From: an uncultured cyanobacterium
GTDB lineage: Bacteria > Cyanobacteriota > Cyanobacteriia > Cyanobacteriales > Nostocaceae
DNA length: 64,000 nt
Reading direction: 5' to 3'
Assembly: GCA_963706595.1 (NCBI GenBank)
Contig: OY970166.1
Coordinates: 5,344,001-5,408,000, forward strand
Shown here: piece by piece, positions 9,987-20,965 of the stretch
Numbering within the stretch: position 1 is the first letter of the stretch
How the letters are laid out: each line of letters begins with the position of its first letter
Made by a program: the position numbers and the translations under genes
Notes under the pieces: generated by a model
Database searches by the model: none
Seen by the model: only the letters and a program-made list of their open reading frames with translations
Told to the model about the DNA's origin: nothing

Positions 9987-10778
9987 TTGGAAAGGGGAGG
10001 GGACTAGATTTTCCGGTTTCCCCTCTTTCTAAGGGGGGTAAATTTCGTTGTGGTTTTTCCATATCCCGTGAAAACTCAGATCCCTACAAGAATTCATTTA
10101 GATGAAGTACAGATAAATATGTGTTCATCTATGTTTATTTGTCTTCATCTGTAGTTCATTGTTTTTTACTCTACTACACTCATTTGACAAATTATGTATG
10201 TATTTCAAATCTGGTAGCGCCTGCTCAAAACTCTATTAGCAATGGAAAAAGTGATGATGACTGCGATTACTAGATAGAATAACTTCTGTGTAAATTGCTT
10301 TTCTAAAATAAAATTATATTCGTAATATTTACGGTTTAAAAATTCCCAGCGTAACACTATTCTATTAATGTTCAAGGAGCATTTTTCATATTATTTTATA
10401 CCTTAACTTATCAAATGTCTAGCCTGAATCCTCCTTGAGAAATATTACGTTGTTTCAGTTGCCACACAGGCAACAAATACCGTTTATTTAAAGATAAATT
10501 ATTTCTTCTTCAGAGCTAGCTATTATCCGGAAGTTTCCCAAAAATGGTCGGAAACTTTTTACTCAAAGTCACCTTTTTTACCTCTTGTGATTAAATCTTT
10601 TTTCAATGAGTAATTACGAGGTTCTTATTGTATTAGTCCTGCCTTAATCTCTCCGGATTATTGCAGGTTCTTAAGAAAGATATGACTAATGGATGATTTT
10701 TACAAAGGGGTGCTAGGGAAAAGCGTCATCTTTAATACTTTTCAAACATTCTTTAATAAATAGATAAAGGATATTCTG

Positions 10779-12119
10779 ATGGATAGGATACAAAAAATAA
10801 CCAATAATGGTGGTAATTTTAAATTTATTAGTGTTAAATATCTATATGGAAAAGTAGGGATAACCTTGCTAACTTTCCTGCTACTGCTAACAGCTATTTC
10901 CATAAAGCCTGTATTTGCTGAGGATAAAGCAGATCATAAAGTTATTGGGGAAAATCAATCAAATCAGTTGACTTCTGCTCAAATTCTTGTACAATCTATA
11001 GTAGATAAACTGAATTCAGCGTCAAATATCAGCCTGCGACAGAAATTGTTAGCATCTAAAAAACGCCATACTTCTGCTGAATTGCAGCCAAGTAATAATG
11101 GTGATTTTAGTGTTAAGCTTAAACCTGAAACATTCACAAAGTTTTTTTCTCCAGAAAATCCTTTGCTGGCATCTGAAAATGTATTAGAAACCAATACTAC
11201 TGTAACTCAAAACTTATTGGCTTCTAAAAATAATCAGGTTGATTTGCCAATACAAGAGCAAAGTAATTTAGGGGAGCAAAAACAAGCTGAAACCATCGAA
11301 AAATTAGAGTCTTCAACGTCTGTGGAAGTCGCCTTTGGCGATAGTGATAAATTACGCCAAGAACTATTAATTGATCCTATCATTAAGCCCCAACCACAGG
11401 TAATTAAACGTAGAGGACAAAGAGTTTACCCTGCTTCAACAGCTGGTACTCCCTCTGGCTATGGAGCAAGTCAGGGACAAGCCTATTTTGGAGTCGGTTT
11501 AGTTCTGCCTTTAGATGAAGATTCTGAGGGCTTTCGAGATGGCTCTTACTCTACTGGTTTTGGGTTGGGAAATCCGCGTAAATCTGTAGGTTTGGAAGTC
11601 AATGTCAACATTGCCAGTTCAGGTGGAACCTACTTACAAGGTGGCAGGTTTGATGTTGCTGATAGCGGCTATTTAGGTTTCAAGCTACACAGGTACTTTC
11701 CTGATGGCACAGCAGTAGCTGTGGGTTGGACAAATCCTGTCAAATGGGGAGAATCTTCCGAAAATAAAAATACTCTGTATGGAGTAGTTACTAGAGCATT
11801 TGCACTGCAACCAAATAACCCCAATCATAGATTACCTTTAACTATTTCTTTGGGTTATGGTAACGGTGGTTTTCGGACTGTAGGTACAAGAGAAACAGAC
11901 GAAAATAATGCTAATATTTTCGGCAGTTTAGCTTTAAGAGTCATACCTCAAGCATCCCTCATAAGTAGCTGGACAGGAAATAGCCTCAATATAGGTTCGT
12001 CTATTGCTCCTTTCAAGAATACACCTATCGTGGTCAATGCAATTTTCACAGACTTGACTCGAAATTTTGATAGAGGTGTAGGTTTTTCCCTCAGTGCAGG
12101 GTATGTTTTTCAGTTTTAA
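10779..12119 (+). CDS. Exported protein with a probable C-terminal outer-membrane beta-barrel
   Basis: Signal peptide ending VFA-E, low-complexity linker, Gly/aromatic amphipathic strands, terminal AGYVFQF (BAM-type signal). Confidence 0.65.
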   Translation: MDRIQKITNNGGNFKFISVKYLYGKVGITLLTFLLLLTAISIKPVFAEDKADHKVIGENQSNQLTSAQILVQSIVDKLNSASNISLRQKLLASKKRHTSAELQPSNNGDFSVKLKPETFTKFFSPENPLLASENVLETNTTVTQNLLASKNNQVDLPIQEQSNLGEQKQAETIEKLESSTSVEVAFGDSDKLRQELLIDPIIKPQPQVIKRRGQRVYPASTAGTPSGYGASQGQAYFGVGLVLPLDEDSEGFRDGSYSTGFGLGNPRKSVGLEVNVNIASSGGTYLQGGRFDVADSGYLGFKLHRYFPDGTAVAVGWTNPVKWGESSENKNTLYGVVTRAFALQPNNPNHRLPLTISLGYGNGGFRTVGTRETDENNANIFGSLALRVIPQASLISSWTGNSLNIGSSIAPFKNTPIVVNAIFTDLTRNFDRGVGFSLSAGYVFQF

Positions 12120-12158
12120 CTGTTCAATCACTATCAAATTTAATCAACAATAAAAACA

Positions 12159-12782
12159 ATGAAGAAACAACCATTGGTTCTCTCTTTCGCTTTAGCATTT
12201 TCTGTTTTGACTTCTGTATTAGGTGCGTCTAATAGTGCATACGCTGGTAAATATGTCGTCCCAGGAACTAGCCCAGAGTCTTATACTGGAGATAAGTCAG
12301 TTGTACCAGGAACTAGCTCAGATTCTTCTTTTGTTGGAGACAGTTTTGCAGCTGCTGATAATGCTGATGTGCAAATTGCAGAAGTTGTTGATGATAAAGT
12401 AATTCTGAGCCTCAAAGAAGAGCGTCAGGCTAAGTTAAACGAAGTTATTGCTAAAATAGCCGCTCAATATGATCATCCTTCTATTCAGGCTTTCTTAAAC
12501 GGTCAAGAAAATTCAGTAGAAGCTTCTAAAGCACTGAAAAATGCCATACTTAGTTTAGATGTTTCACCAGCTAAGGCAGAAGCACTGGTCAATGCTTTAA
12601 GCAAATTGATTGGAGACACAAAAAATGTGGATATCAATCACTTAAATGATGCTGTTACTGCATACAATGACATATTGAATGAAAGCAGTCCCGAAGTTAT
12701 TCTACAACTGGCAAAAAATGCAGAATCTACGGCCATTAGTAGTGTGCTGAAGGAATTAAGAGTGGCTCTGAACAAAAATTAA
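12159..12782 (+). CDS. Secreted hypothetical protein with a duplicated VVPGTS..S..GD motif
   Basis: Sec signal ending AYA; YVVPGTSPESYTGD and SVVPGTSSDSSFVGD; helical C-terminus. Confidence 0.7.
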   Translation: MKKQPLVLSFALAFSVLTSVLGASNSAYAGKYVVPGTSPESYTGDKSVVPGTSSDSSFVGDSFAAADNADVQIAEVVDDKVILSLKEERQAKLNEVIAKIAAQYDHPSIQAFLNGQENSVEASKALKNAILSLDVSPAKAEALVNALSKLIGDTKNVDINHLNDAVTAYNDILNESSPEVILQLAKNAESTAISSVLKELRVALNKN

Positions 12783-12988
12783 AAACTCGGCGTTGCTCAA
12801 AGCAAGTATGAATGTAGAGATGTTCTCTAGAACGTCTTTATAGGGATTTTGACCTGATCAAAACCGTGTTCATACTTCAAATCAGCAAAGCCAAAAAATC
12901 GGCGGTGTTCCCATATAATCACTATCTCTGCGAGACGCTGCGCGAGTTAGGGGTGTCCGGAATATTCCGCCGATTTAGCCATGAGTTA

Positions 12989-14290
12989 TCAAGTTCTGTA
13001 ACGCCTGCTAAACAGCATATTCGCAATGAAAAAAGTAATCAGAATTGCGATCGCTAGATAAACTAAATTCTGTGTAAGATGATATGTGACGATGGTTGAT
13101 ATGGTGATTATCAACGCGACAATAAGAGTAGAAAAGCCTGTAGTTAGTCTACCAATTGAGCCAAAAATCGGAATAAAATCCAAAATCACATTCATTGGTT
13201 CAGCTATCAGTCTTAAACCCAACCAGATAAAAATTAAACTCAAAAATCTTAATCCCCAAGTAAACAGATGGTCTTCCCGTTTAACTCTATCCAGTGCTTG
13301 TGATTCAGTACCGGTAAATAGTCGATAGAGACGATGATTATTTCTATGGACATAGGGAACAATGAGATTATTTTCTGCTAATTTACCAATAACTGTCACA
13401 TTAGTATTAGCATTAAAAACTGCATATCTCATGCGTAAATCACCAACATTTGGACTTGCTAGAGTCCCAGAACCTTTATATAGATAATTACCAACATTGG
13501 TAACGCCTGCTGTAGAGATGAGGTTTTGCTGAGATAATTGTAATGGTGTCGGTGTTGGTAATTCTACGTGGGTAAAGCCTGCTGGAGGTCTTATACTTTG
13601 CAGAGATAATTGTAACTTACCAGTGAATTTCGTCCCATAGGCTTCATTTACACTGTTGCTAGTAGGAAGAGCAAAACTGGACATATCTAAATCAGAAACT
13701 CCAATCTTAGCCTCGTTAACTTTGTATGCTGCATTCTCAACAGTTGGACTAGGATTTTGATGCTTTTGCGGGTAAACAAAAGAGGCTGATTTTGTACTTC
13801 TAGATATTACATTGGTATTGCCGTGTACTGATATGTTTTTATTGAAATCGTCTAATGCTACCCAGCGTTTTTGATAAGTAGTAGTGATTTTTTGGTTTTG
13901 AGAACCACCAACATTTGTTGTAGCGTCTTTTGCTTGTTCTTCCTCCCAGCTATAAATATCCACACCTCTGGCGATCGCTATATATTCTCCTGGCTGAATA
14001 AATAAATTATCCCCCAAAGTTTGATTAGTGGTAATAACTCCACTGGTGATCACTAATTTACCAATATGTTGGTTATTGGCGACATCTGAAGAAATTGGTA
14101 TGGCTTGCTGTGCAACTTGATTAACAATTGTTTGTCCTTCATTCCAAATCAGAATACAAAAACAAATTATGATTAGTAAAAAACCCAGACCTATACCTTG
14201 AATTGCTTCCTTAATTCTAGTGAACCAGCTAACTTCTCTGTATTCTACATATTGATCAAAATCACCTTCTTCTTCATGGTAATTAGACAT
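12989..14290 (-). CDS. TMEM43/LUMA family membrane protein
   Basis: N-terminal TM followed by WNEG, large soluble loop with Y-S-W-E-E and GDLRMRY, then three to four C-terminal TMs. Confidence 0.75.
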   Translation of the reverse strand: MSNYHEEEGDFDQYVEYREVSWFTRIKEAIQGIGLGFLLIIICFCILIWNEGQTIVNQVAQQAIPISSDVANNQHIGKLVITSGVITTNQTLGDNLFIQPGEYIAIARGVDIYSWEEEQAKDATTNVGGSQNQKITTTYQKRWVALDDFNKNISVHGNTNVISRSTKSASFVYPQKHQNPSPTVENAAYKVNEAKIGVSDLDMSSFALPTSNSVNEAYGTKFTGKLQLSLQSIRPPAGFTHVELPTPTPLQLSQQNLISTAGVTNVGNYLYKGSGTLASPNVGDLRMRYAVFNANTNVTVIGKLAENNLIVPYVHRNNHRLYRLFTGTESQALDRVKREDHLFTWGLRFLSLIFIWLGLRLIAEPMNVILDFIPIFGSIGRLTTGFSTLIVALIITISTIVTYHLTQNLVYLAIAILITFFIANMLFSRRYRT

Positions 14291-14379
14291 GGAGAATTCC
14301 CCCGATTAACGAATTAACAACTTACACTTCACAGGAAATACTAAACCCAATTTATTGGTTGCAGATATTCCAACTTAAT

Positions 14380-14522
14380 TAGGACTTACGCAGAATCTGT
14401 GTTTTCTTGGCGTTCTTCTCCCAAAGGGAGACGCTACGCGGTAAGCGTAGCTATGCCGAAGGCTTTAGGCGACTTGGCGGTTCAATAAATCAAGATTCTT
14501 GGCAATTTTTGCGTAAGTCCTG
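14380..14522. mobile_element. MITE-like element with AGGACTTACGCA terminal repeats and a nested small dispersed repeat
   Basis: aggacttacgca...tgcgtaagtcct; internal gagacgctacgcggtaagcgtagctatgcc also occurs at about 25530. Confidence 0.65.
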
Positions 14523-14616
14523 TTAATTATTGAAACTTGTTCAGTAATATCTAGCTACAAGCCCGAAACGAGTATTTTCGTTAATTTACACAACCAAAAA
14601 TTTGGACAGTACGTAA

Positions 14617-14751
14617 TACCAATTTTATATAAAGATGCATAAAAAGAACCCCTCCCTAACCCTCCCCGCAAGCGAGGAGGGAACCGGATTTTTACGGGTT
14701 AGGAGTAAGGGGTGGAGTAAAAATAATATGCAGCCTCACATAAAATTGGTA
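14617..14751. mobile_element. MITE with TACCAATTTTAT terminal repeats and TAA target duplication
   Basis: Near-identical inverted copy at 61291-61430; TAA on both flanks. Confidence 0.75.
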
Positions 14752-15126
14752 TAAGCCCAATAACTCTATATTTCCCAAAAACCACAAAAAAACAAACATC
14801 TCGACTAGAATCACGCCGTCAAATCCCAGAAATTGCATCTGTGTTCATCCCTGTACCCTGCGGGTTCACCTTTGGCGTTCTTGTAGAGTAGCCACGAGTC
14901 TGCATCTGTGGTTCAAATTTCTGATCTTTCTTCTCTTCGCGCCCTTTGCGGTATGCGCTGCGCGCACGCTACGCGAACGTTTAAAAAAAGCCCAACTAAA
15001 TATTCCAAACTAGGCGCGACCAAAGTAAAAACCGTAATTTCAGGAAGTGCAAAAAATATCTAAATCTGATATTAAAAGATATTTCTACATTTATTTAATC
15101 ATAAAAAATCTCCTATATTTATGGAC

Positions 15127-15852
15127 TTATTCAGCAGCAGAGAAAAACAGTGGTAACACAAAAGCCGCGATAATTCCCCCCAACACAAAAACCTCTATAA
15201 TTCTCAATGAGGAATTACTCTGTGTTAACTGATTAATTCCAGCACTCAAATTCTGGGAAAAATTACTCAACCAACTCCGCCAACGACTATACCAGTTTCT
15301 CGGACTATCTTCTGGGCGGAATTTCCCTGACAACATAGATAGTAACAATGGCGCACCACCCACCTTAGCAGACATCAAAAGATGAGTGGCTAAACAACAA
15401 ACCATAATCACCCAAGCGATAAGATGGAAATAATACCATAAGTGATCAAGTTCACCGATAGGTAGCCATTCTTCCTTCATCATTCTGCCAGATATTACCG
15501 CCAAAACTGAGGCAATCAGCATCAGAGTATTGACAATACGTTGCAGACTCACCCACCAAATTGGTTTACCAACCTGTGTGAGTTTTTGAATTGAGTCTGG
15601 CTGTAATAGGCGCTTTTCTCCAGCATGAAAGCTATAAAGTGCGAAAGCTGGTAGTAATAGTAAAAAGAATAAACCCGCAGTACCGTGAATATCCTGAATT
15701 GGATCGATTTTAGGAATGGGGATTTTGCCAAATCTTTGGTCGAAGGTGTTGTAAACTAAAAATCCGGTAATAATTGCCGTAATTACTAAAATTCCACTGA
15801 TACCATGCAGAAGTCGCAACAACAAAGGCTGATAGGGGGCTGAACGGCTCAT
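15127..15852 (-). CDS. Cytochrome b-type (di-heme) membrane protein
   Basis: RLLHG, DIHG, YYFHL and LATHL histidines in four TM helices. Confidence 0.7.
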   Translation of the reverse strand: MSRSAPYQPLLLRLLHGISGILVITAIITGFLVYNTFDQRFGKIPIPKIDPIQDIHGTAGLFFLLLLPAFALYSFHAGEKRLLQPDSIQKLTQVGKPIWWVSLQRIVNTLMLIASVLAVISGRMMKEEWLPIGELDHLWYYFHLIAWVIMVCCLATHLLMSAKVGGAPLLLSMLSGKFRPEDSPRNWYSRWRSWLSNFSQNLSAGINQLTQSNSSLRIIEVFVLGGIIAAFVLPLFFSAAE

Positions 15853-16097
15853 AAGCTGATTGAAAATGATTTTAAAAGGCTAATTTGGGTATAGGATATC
15901 TTAAAAATAAACCCTTTGTGATCAGTATCTGCCTGATATGCGGGTAAGTAATCGATTTATCTCAGTGAATAGCACTGACTGGTAAGATGCGATCGCCATT
16001 AAATTCTGCATTAGGGTTGAATAATTAAATAAACAATTAAAGTAGTTAAAATAAAAGATATAGGTGATATACTAACTCTCTCTCTCACCCTGGTTTT

Positions 16098-17462
16098 ATG
16101 GGACTGCCAATTGTTGCTATTATCGGTCGCCCAAATGTGGGCAAATCCACCCTGGTTAATCGTCTCGCCGGGGAACAAACGGCGATTGTCCACGACGAAC
16201 CGGGTGTGACACGCGATCGCACTTATATGCCATCTTACTGGCGCGATCGCGATTTTCTAGTTGTAGATACAGGTGGTTTAGTCTTTAACGACGATACCGA
16301 ATTCCTGCCATTGATTCGCCAACAGGCACTCACAGCCCTCTCCCAAGCCAGCGCCGCTATTTTAGTTGTAGACGGTCAAACCGGCCTCACAGGGTCAGAT
16401 CAAGAAATTGCTTCATGGTTACGCCAACAACCAGTACCTGTTTTACTGGCTGTAAACAAATGTGAATCCCCAGACCAAGGCGCAGTTCAAGCCTCAGAAT
16501 TTTGGGGATTAGGCTTGGGCGAACCTTACCCCATCTCCGCAATTCATGGTAGTGGTACAGGCGAATTACTCGACGAGTTAATTAGTCACATCCCCATCGT
16601 TACAGAAGTAGAAGAAACTAACGAGATTAAAGTAGCCATTATCGGCCGCCCTAATGTCGGCAAATCCAGTTTATTAAATGCTTTTCTGGGTGAAGAAAGG
16701 TCAATTGTTAGCCCGATTTCCGGCACAACCCGCGATGCTATTGATACCATCGCCGAACGGAATGGGCAAATTTATCGCATCATTGACACCGCCGGCATTC
16801 GTAGAAAAAAACAAATCGACTACGGTACAGAATTCTTTAGTATTAACCGTGCTTTCAAAGCGATTCGCCGCGCCGATGTGGTTTTAATGGTCATTGATGC
16901 CCTAGATGGAGTCACAGACCAAGACCAAAAATTAGCCGGGCGGATTATCGACGAAGGTCGAGCTTGTATTATTGTCGTCAATAAATGGGATGCGATTGAA
17001 AAAGACTCATATACCATTTACGACTACGAAAAAACTATAGAAGCCCGGTTACACTTTACAGAATGGGCAGAAACCATTTTTGTCAGTGCCTCTACAGGAC
17101 AACGGGTAGACAAGATTTTAGAATTAGTCAATGAAGCAGCTGAATCACACAAACGCCGTGTGAGTACATCTGTAATCAACGAAGTCCTCACAGACGCTGT
17201 AAGTTGGCATTCACCCCCAGCTTCTAGGGGTGGTCGTCAGGGCAAAATCTATTATGGGACTCAAGTGGGTATTCAACCCCCAACCATCGCCCTATTCGTC
17301 AACGAAGCTAAACGTTTTAATGACAATTACCGCCGCTACATTGAAAGACAATTCCGCAAACAATTAGGGTTTAAAGGCACACCCATGCGTTTACTTTGGC
17401 GTAGTAAAAAGGTTCGGGAGATGGAAGTTGGTAGTGTTAATAGAGCAACTCGCGTTAAATAA
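16098..17462 (+). CDS. der: Ribosome biogenesis GTPase Der (EngA)
   Basis: Two GRPNVGKS P-loops, DTGG and DTAG, C-terminal KH-like domain. Confidence 0.97.
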   Translation: MGLPIVAIIGRPNVGKSTLVNRLAGEQTAIVHDEPGVTRDRTYMPSYWRDRDFLVVDTGGLVFNDDTEFLPLIRQQALTALSQASAAILVVDGQTGLTGSDQEIASWLRQQPVPVLLAVNKCESPDQGAVQASEFWGLGLGEPYPISAIHGSGTGELLDELISHIPIVTEVEETNEIKVAIIGRPNVGKSSLLNAFLGEERSIVSPISGTTRDAIDTIAERNGQIYRIIDTAGIRRKKQIDYGTEFFSINRAFKAIRRADVVLMVIDALDGVTDQDQKLAGRIIDEGRACIIVVNKWDAIEKDSYTIYDYEKTIEARLHFTEWAETIFVSASTGQRVDKILELVNEAAESHKRRVSTSVINEVLTDAVSWHSPPASRGGRQGKIYYGTQVGIQPPTIALFVNEAKRFNDNYRRYIERQFRKQLGFKGTPMRLLWRSKKVREMEVGSVNRATRVK

Positions 17463-17700
17463 GTGCGCTCAAAGAAACGCGATAAATCGTATAAAGAGAC
17501 GCGATAAATCGCGTCTGTACAAGCTGAGTAGGGTGTGTTACGCCGTAGGCTAACGCACCTGATAGTATTGGTGCTTTACTACTTTTGCATCAAGCTTAAG
17601 AATAATATAGTAGCGTTGCGCTCTTCTGCTTAATCAGCACTGTCTCAACGCTCCGCTACCGCTTTAAGCGCAGCTGTTGCACTCCTTACTCAGAAAAGAT

Positions 17701-18627
17701 ATGGATTTATTGCGATCGCTACCACTAGGACTATACTTAGAACAACCGCAAACTTGGCTACACAAACTCGATCCAAGGGTCAAAATTGCTTGGTTGATGA
17801 GCTTTCTCACCAGCTACACTTTTGCTAATAACGAGTGGCGGATATTACTGGTTGCACTATTAATTATTTTTACTGTCATCGCTAGAATACCCCGGCGAGT
17901 CTGGAAACAGCAAATGGGCTGGCTGTTAACCTTGGCGTTTTTTGTCTTTGTGCTAATCAGCATCAGTCCTGATGGTTTGGGTGTAAGTTATCAGCCACGC
18001 CTACCCACTAACCCACAAATCTTAACTCAGCCAGCAAACCCCACTAATACCGATATTGTCCCAGCACCAACAGACGACAATCAAGGCTACAGCTACATCC
18101 TCTTCCATAAAGGACCAGTCAAAGTAACTCGTCGCTCAATTGATTTAGCCATCAGAGTTAGTACGATTATATTTACCGTGATTTACAGCAGTAACCTGTA
18201 TCTGCTCACAACCGCACCCGAAGAAATCACCACGGCGATAGAAAGCTTAATGCAGCCCCTGCGACGCTTCCAAGTCCCCGTTACTGAAATTACTCTGACT
18301 TTAACTTTGTCCTTGCGATTTATTCCCCTAGTTCTCGAAGAAGTCCAAAATTTAATTCGCTCTGTGATGACTAGGGCAATTAATTGGAAAAAATTGGGGT
18401 TAAAAGGAGCCGTCAAAGTTTGGATGACCATAGCAGAGAGACTCTTAAAAAATCTCCTCCTACGAGCCGAACAAATGGCTAGTGCGATGATGGTGCGCGG
18501 CTTCACTAGCCCCAATGAACATCAAGTAATATGGCACGAATTACGCCTCAAAGCCAGAGATTGGCTAGCGATCGCGATGCTTACCCTATTTTGGGGTGCT
18601 AGACTAGTTCTAGGAAATTTGGCTTAA
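17701..18627 (+). CDS. ECF transporter transmembrane component T (EcfT/CbiQ)
   Basis: LHKLDPRVK, LSLRFIP, RA/RG motifs; ATG at 17701 preferred over TTG at 17677. Confidence 0.88.
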   Translation: MDLLRSLPLGLYLEQPQTWLHKLDPRVKIAWLMSFLTSYTFANNEWRILLVALLIIFTVIARIPRRVWKQQMGWLLTLAFFVFVLISISPDGLGVSYQPRLPTNPQILTQPANPTNTDIVPAPTDDNQGYSYILFHKGPVKVTRRSIDLAIRVSTIIFTVIYSSNLYLLTTAPEEITTAIESLMQPLRRFQVPVTEITLTLTLSLRFIPLVLEEVQNLIRSVMTRAINWKKLGLKGAVKVWMTIAERLLKNLLLRAEQMASAMMVRGFTSPNEHQVIWHELRLKARDWLAIAMLTLFWGARLVLGNLA

Positions 18628-18925
18628 CCCATTCAATCTCTTGCCCATTTTGCTCCACAGGGCGATAATTATGCCAATATGGAAAGAAGCTAGAGCAAAT
18701 AGACATAAGTAATTGCCTTTCTGATATTTTGTGCAGTTCTACGTTGCTACTGACAGTTCATCTGCCCATTCAGAACAAGATCAAGGTTTTGATCACTGCC
18801 ATTAAATGACCAGAATTACTGATTTTCGCATCAGATAACCAAATATTCTGGCAAAAGGGGTGTATTATCTTCTGAACATTTGTACTGATTTGCAAAAAGA
18901 TATATACTCCTACCTTGACTATTAA

Positions 18926-19204
18926 ATGAATCCAGAAAGCTCAGAAACTTACATAAATCATCCAACTTGGGGTCTGCTTTATCGGATCTGTATGGTCGAT
19001 GAAAGCCAGGATCTGTTTAGTACACTTTATGCCCAACGGTTGTTTTTTTTGGTTGCCAACGACATTAAAGGCATCAAATTTCAGTCCATCGGACGTACTG
19101 AAGCCCGAATGTTGTTAGAAAATCGCTTGCGTACTCTGCGCCGCAGTGGTCAATCCCAGGAGTACGAGCAACTTCAGAGTGTTTTTCAACGCACATTCCA
19201 ATGA
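18926..19204 (+). CDS. pipX: PII/NtcA-interacting protein PipX
   Basis: ETYINHPTWGLLY, TLYAQRLFFLV; overlaps pipY. Confidence 0.96.
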   Translation: MNPESSETYINHPTWGLLYRICMVDESQDLFSTLYAQRLFFLVANDIKGIKFQSIGRTEARMLLENRLRTLRRSGQSQEYEQLQSVFQRTFQ

Positions 19205-19869
19205 CCAGTTCCATTAGCGAACGTATCACCACAATTAGGGCTTCACTACCACCTTCAGTCCGGTTGATTGCTGTGAGCAAGACATGGCCTTCTGAGGCCA
19301 TTCGGGCGGCTTACAACACCGGAATTCGCGATTTTGGCGAGAACCGTATCCAAGAAGCTGCCAGTAAACAAGCCGAGTTACACGACTTACCGGATATTAC
19401 TTGGCACTTTATTGGTCGGTTGCAAAGTAATAAAGCCAAAAAAGCCCTGGAATTATTTGATTGGATTCACTCTGTAGACAATTTGAAACTAGCACAGCGC
19501 TTAAATCAATTAGCACTTGAGCTAAAAGTTAGTCCTCAAATTTGTCTACAAGTGAAAATTCTTCCTGACCCCAACAAGTCGGGTTGGAGTGTCCCCGAAC
19601 TATTAGCTGACTTACCTGAACTTGACCAGTGTAAAAATTTACAAATTCAGGGTTTGATGACAATTCCCCCTTTGGGATTGAATGATGCCGAAATAATTAA
19701 CGTATTTAATGCTACATCTGAATTAGCCAAAGAAATCCAACAACAAAACTGGTCTCACCTGACAATGCCCGAACTTTCAATGGGTATGTCAGGAGACTAT
19801 CGACTGGCAGTGCAAGCTGGAGCAACGATGGTAAGATTAGGGACCATTTTGTTTGGTACGCGCACTTAG
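19201..19869 (+). CDS. pipY: PLP-binding protein PipY (YggS family)
   Basis: LIAVSK, FGENRIQE, WHFIGRLQSNK, LSMGMSGDY. Confidence 0.95.
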   Translation: MTSSISERITTIRASLPPSVRLIAVSKTWPSEAIRAAYNTGIRDFGENRIQEAASKQAELHDLPDITWHFIGRLQSNKAKKALELFDWIHSVDNLKLAQRLNQLALELKVSPQICLQVKILPDPNKSGWSVPELLADLPELDQCKNLQIQGLMTIPPLGLNDAEIINVFNATSELAKEIQQQNWSHLTMPELSMGMSGDYRLAVQAGATMVRLGTILFGTRT

Positions 19870-20231
19870 GGTATGAGCTATGACTTTTTGGTTATGGTAT
19901 CGATACCACTAGGGGTGGAATACAGAGAAACTTTTATCAATACTTAGTTAATATAATACAGGAATCTAGCTTTTATTCAGGTGACTACTAAGGAAAAAGC
20001 GGGGGAAAGTCATCTTTATTTCCAACAATCATTCGGCTATAATCTTGACTCATTATTGTGTGTGAGTTAATCTACAGGCGTTACCTTAAACGTCAATTGA
20101 TTAACTTTAGTTGTAATAGAAGCTACAAACAGCGATAAACTTACAAGTTGTCAGGCCTTTGTAGCTATCAACTCTGGCTACATTAACTAATAGCCAAGTC
20201 CATCAGGGTAACTTTTATCAGGAGCAGAACA

Positions 20232-20835
20232 ATGAACAACATATTTAGTAAACTCCGAGACTTTGTAGGTCTCAATGAGCAAGTGGAATACGAATACTAC
20301 GAAGAAGAAGCTGATACAGATACCAGTAACTACCAAAATCTGTATCAACAAGAAAATCCCCAACCAGCACCAGCAGAAGCCAATGCTCAAAATCGACGCT
20401 GGCGGGAACCCATGACTACAATGGGTGATGATGTAGCCGCAGGATCAAAGTCTACGATGGGGAATGTGATTAATATGCCAGGAGCAATTAACGGAATTTC
20501 AGAAGTGTTAGTACCTGGAACCTCGTACCTTTGAAGAAATGCCCCAGGCAATTCAAGCACTCAGAGAGCGTAAGTCAGTAGTTTTAAACTTGACCATTAT
20601 GGACCCAGATCAAGCACAAAGAGCGGTTGATTTTGTGGCTGGGGGGACTTACGCACTCGATGGACATCAAGAGCGAATCGGAGAAAGCATCTTTTTGTTT
20701 ACGCCCAGTTGTGTGCAAGTTAGCACCCAAGGTGGAGTTATTCATGAAGTACCCCAAACACCTGTTCGTCCTTCACGTCCCGCCACTAGTTCCAATCAAG
20801 CCTGGGGCAACGACGTTAACCGCATGGTGCAGTAA
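20232..20835 (+). CDS. sepF: Cell division protein SepF; +1 frameshift near 20514
   Basis: Removing one C in gtacctgg gives [28 protein letters not shown] motif. Confidence 0.92.
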
Positions 20836-20965
20836 GGTTAAATTAGTCAAAAGTTCAGCAACGAAAATTTTTGATGATTTTACGGGCGGGTTTAATGAGA
20901 CATGGTATCTTACCATAGATTGATGGGTTAAACCTGCTCTTATTGACTATTAATTATATAACTTA

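Noticed and set aside
20232..20835. Programmed frameshifting or true pseudogenisation of sepF (and murC)
   Set aside because: No slippery sequence, single lesions in essential genes, and the same GTACCTGG context as the HCP indel favour assembly error
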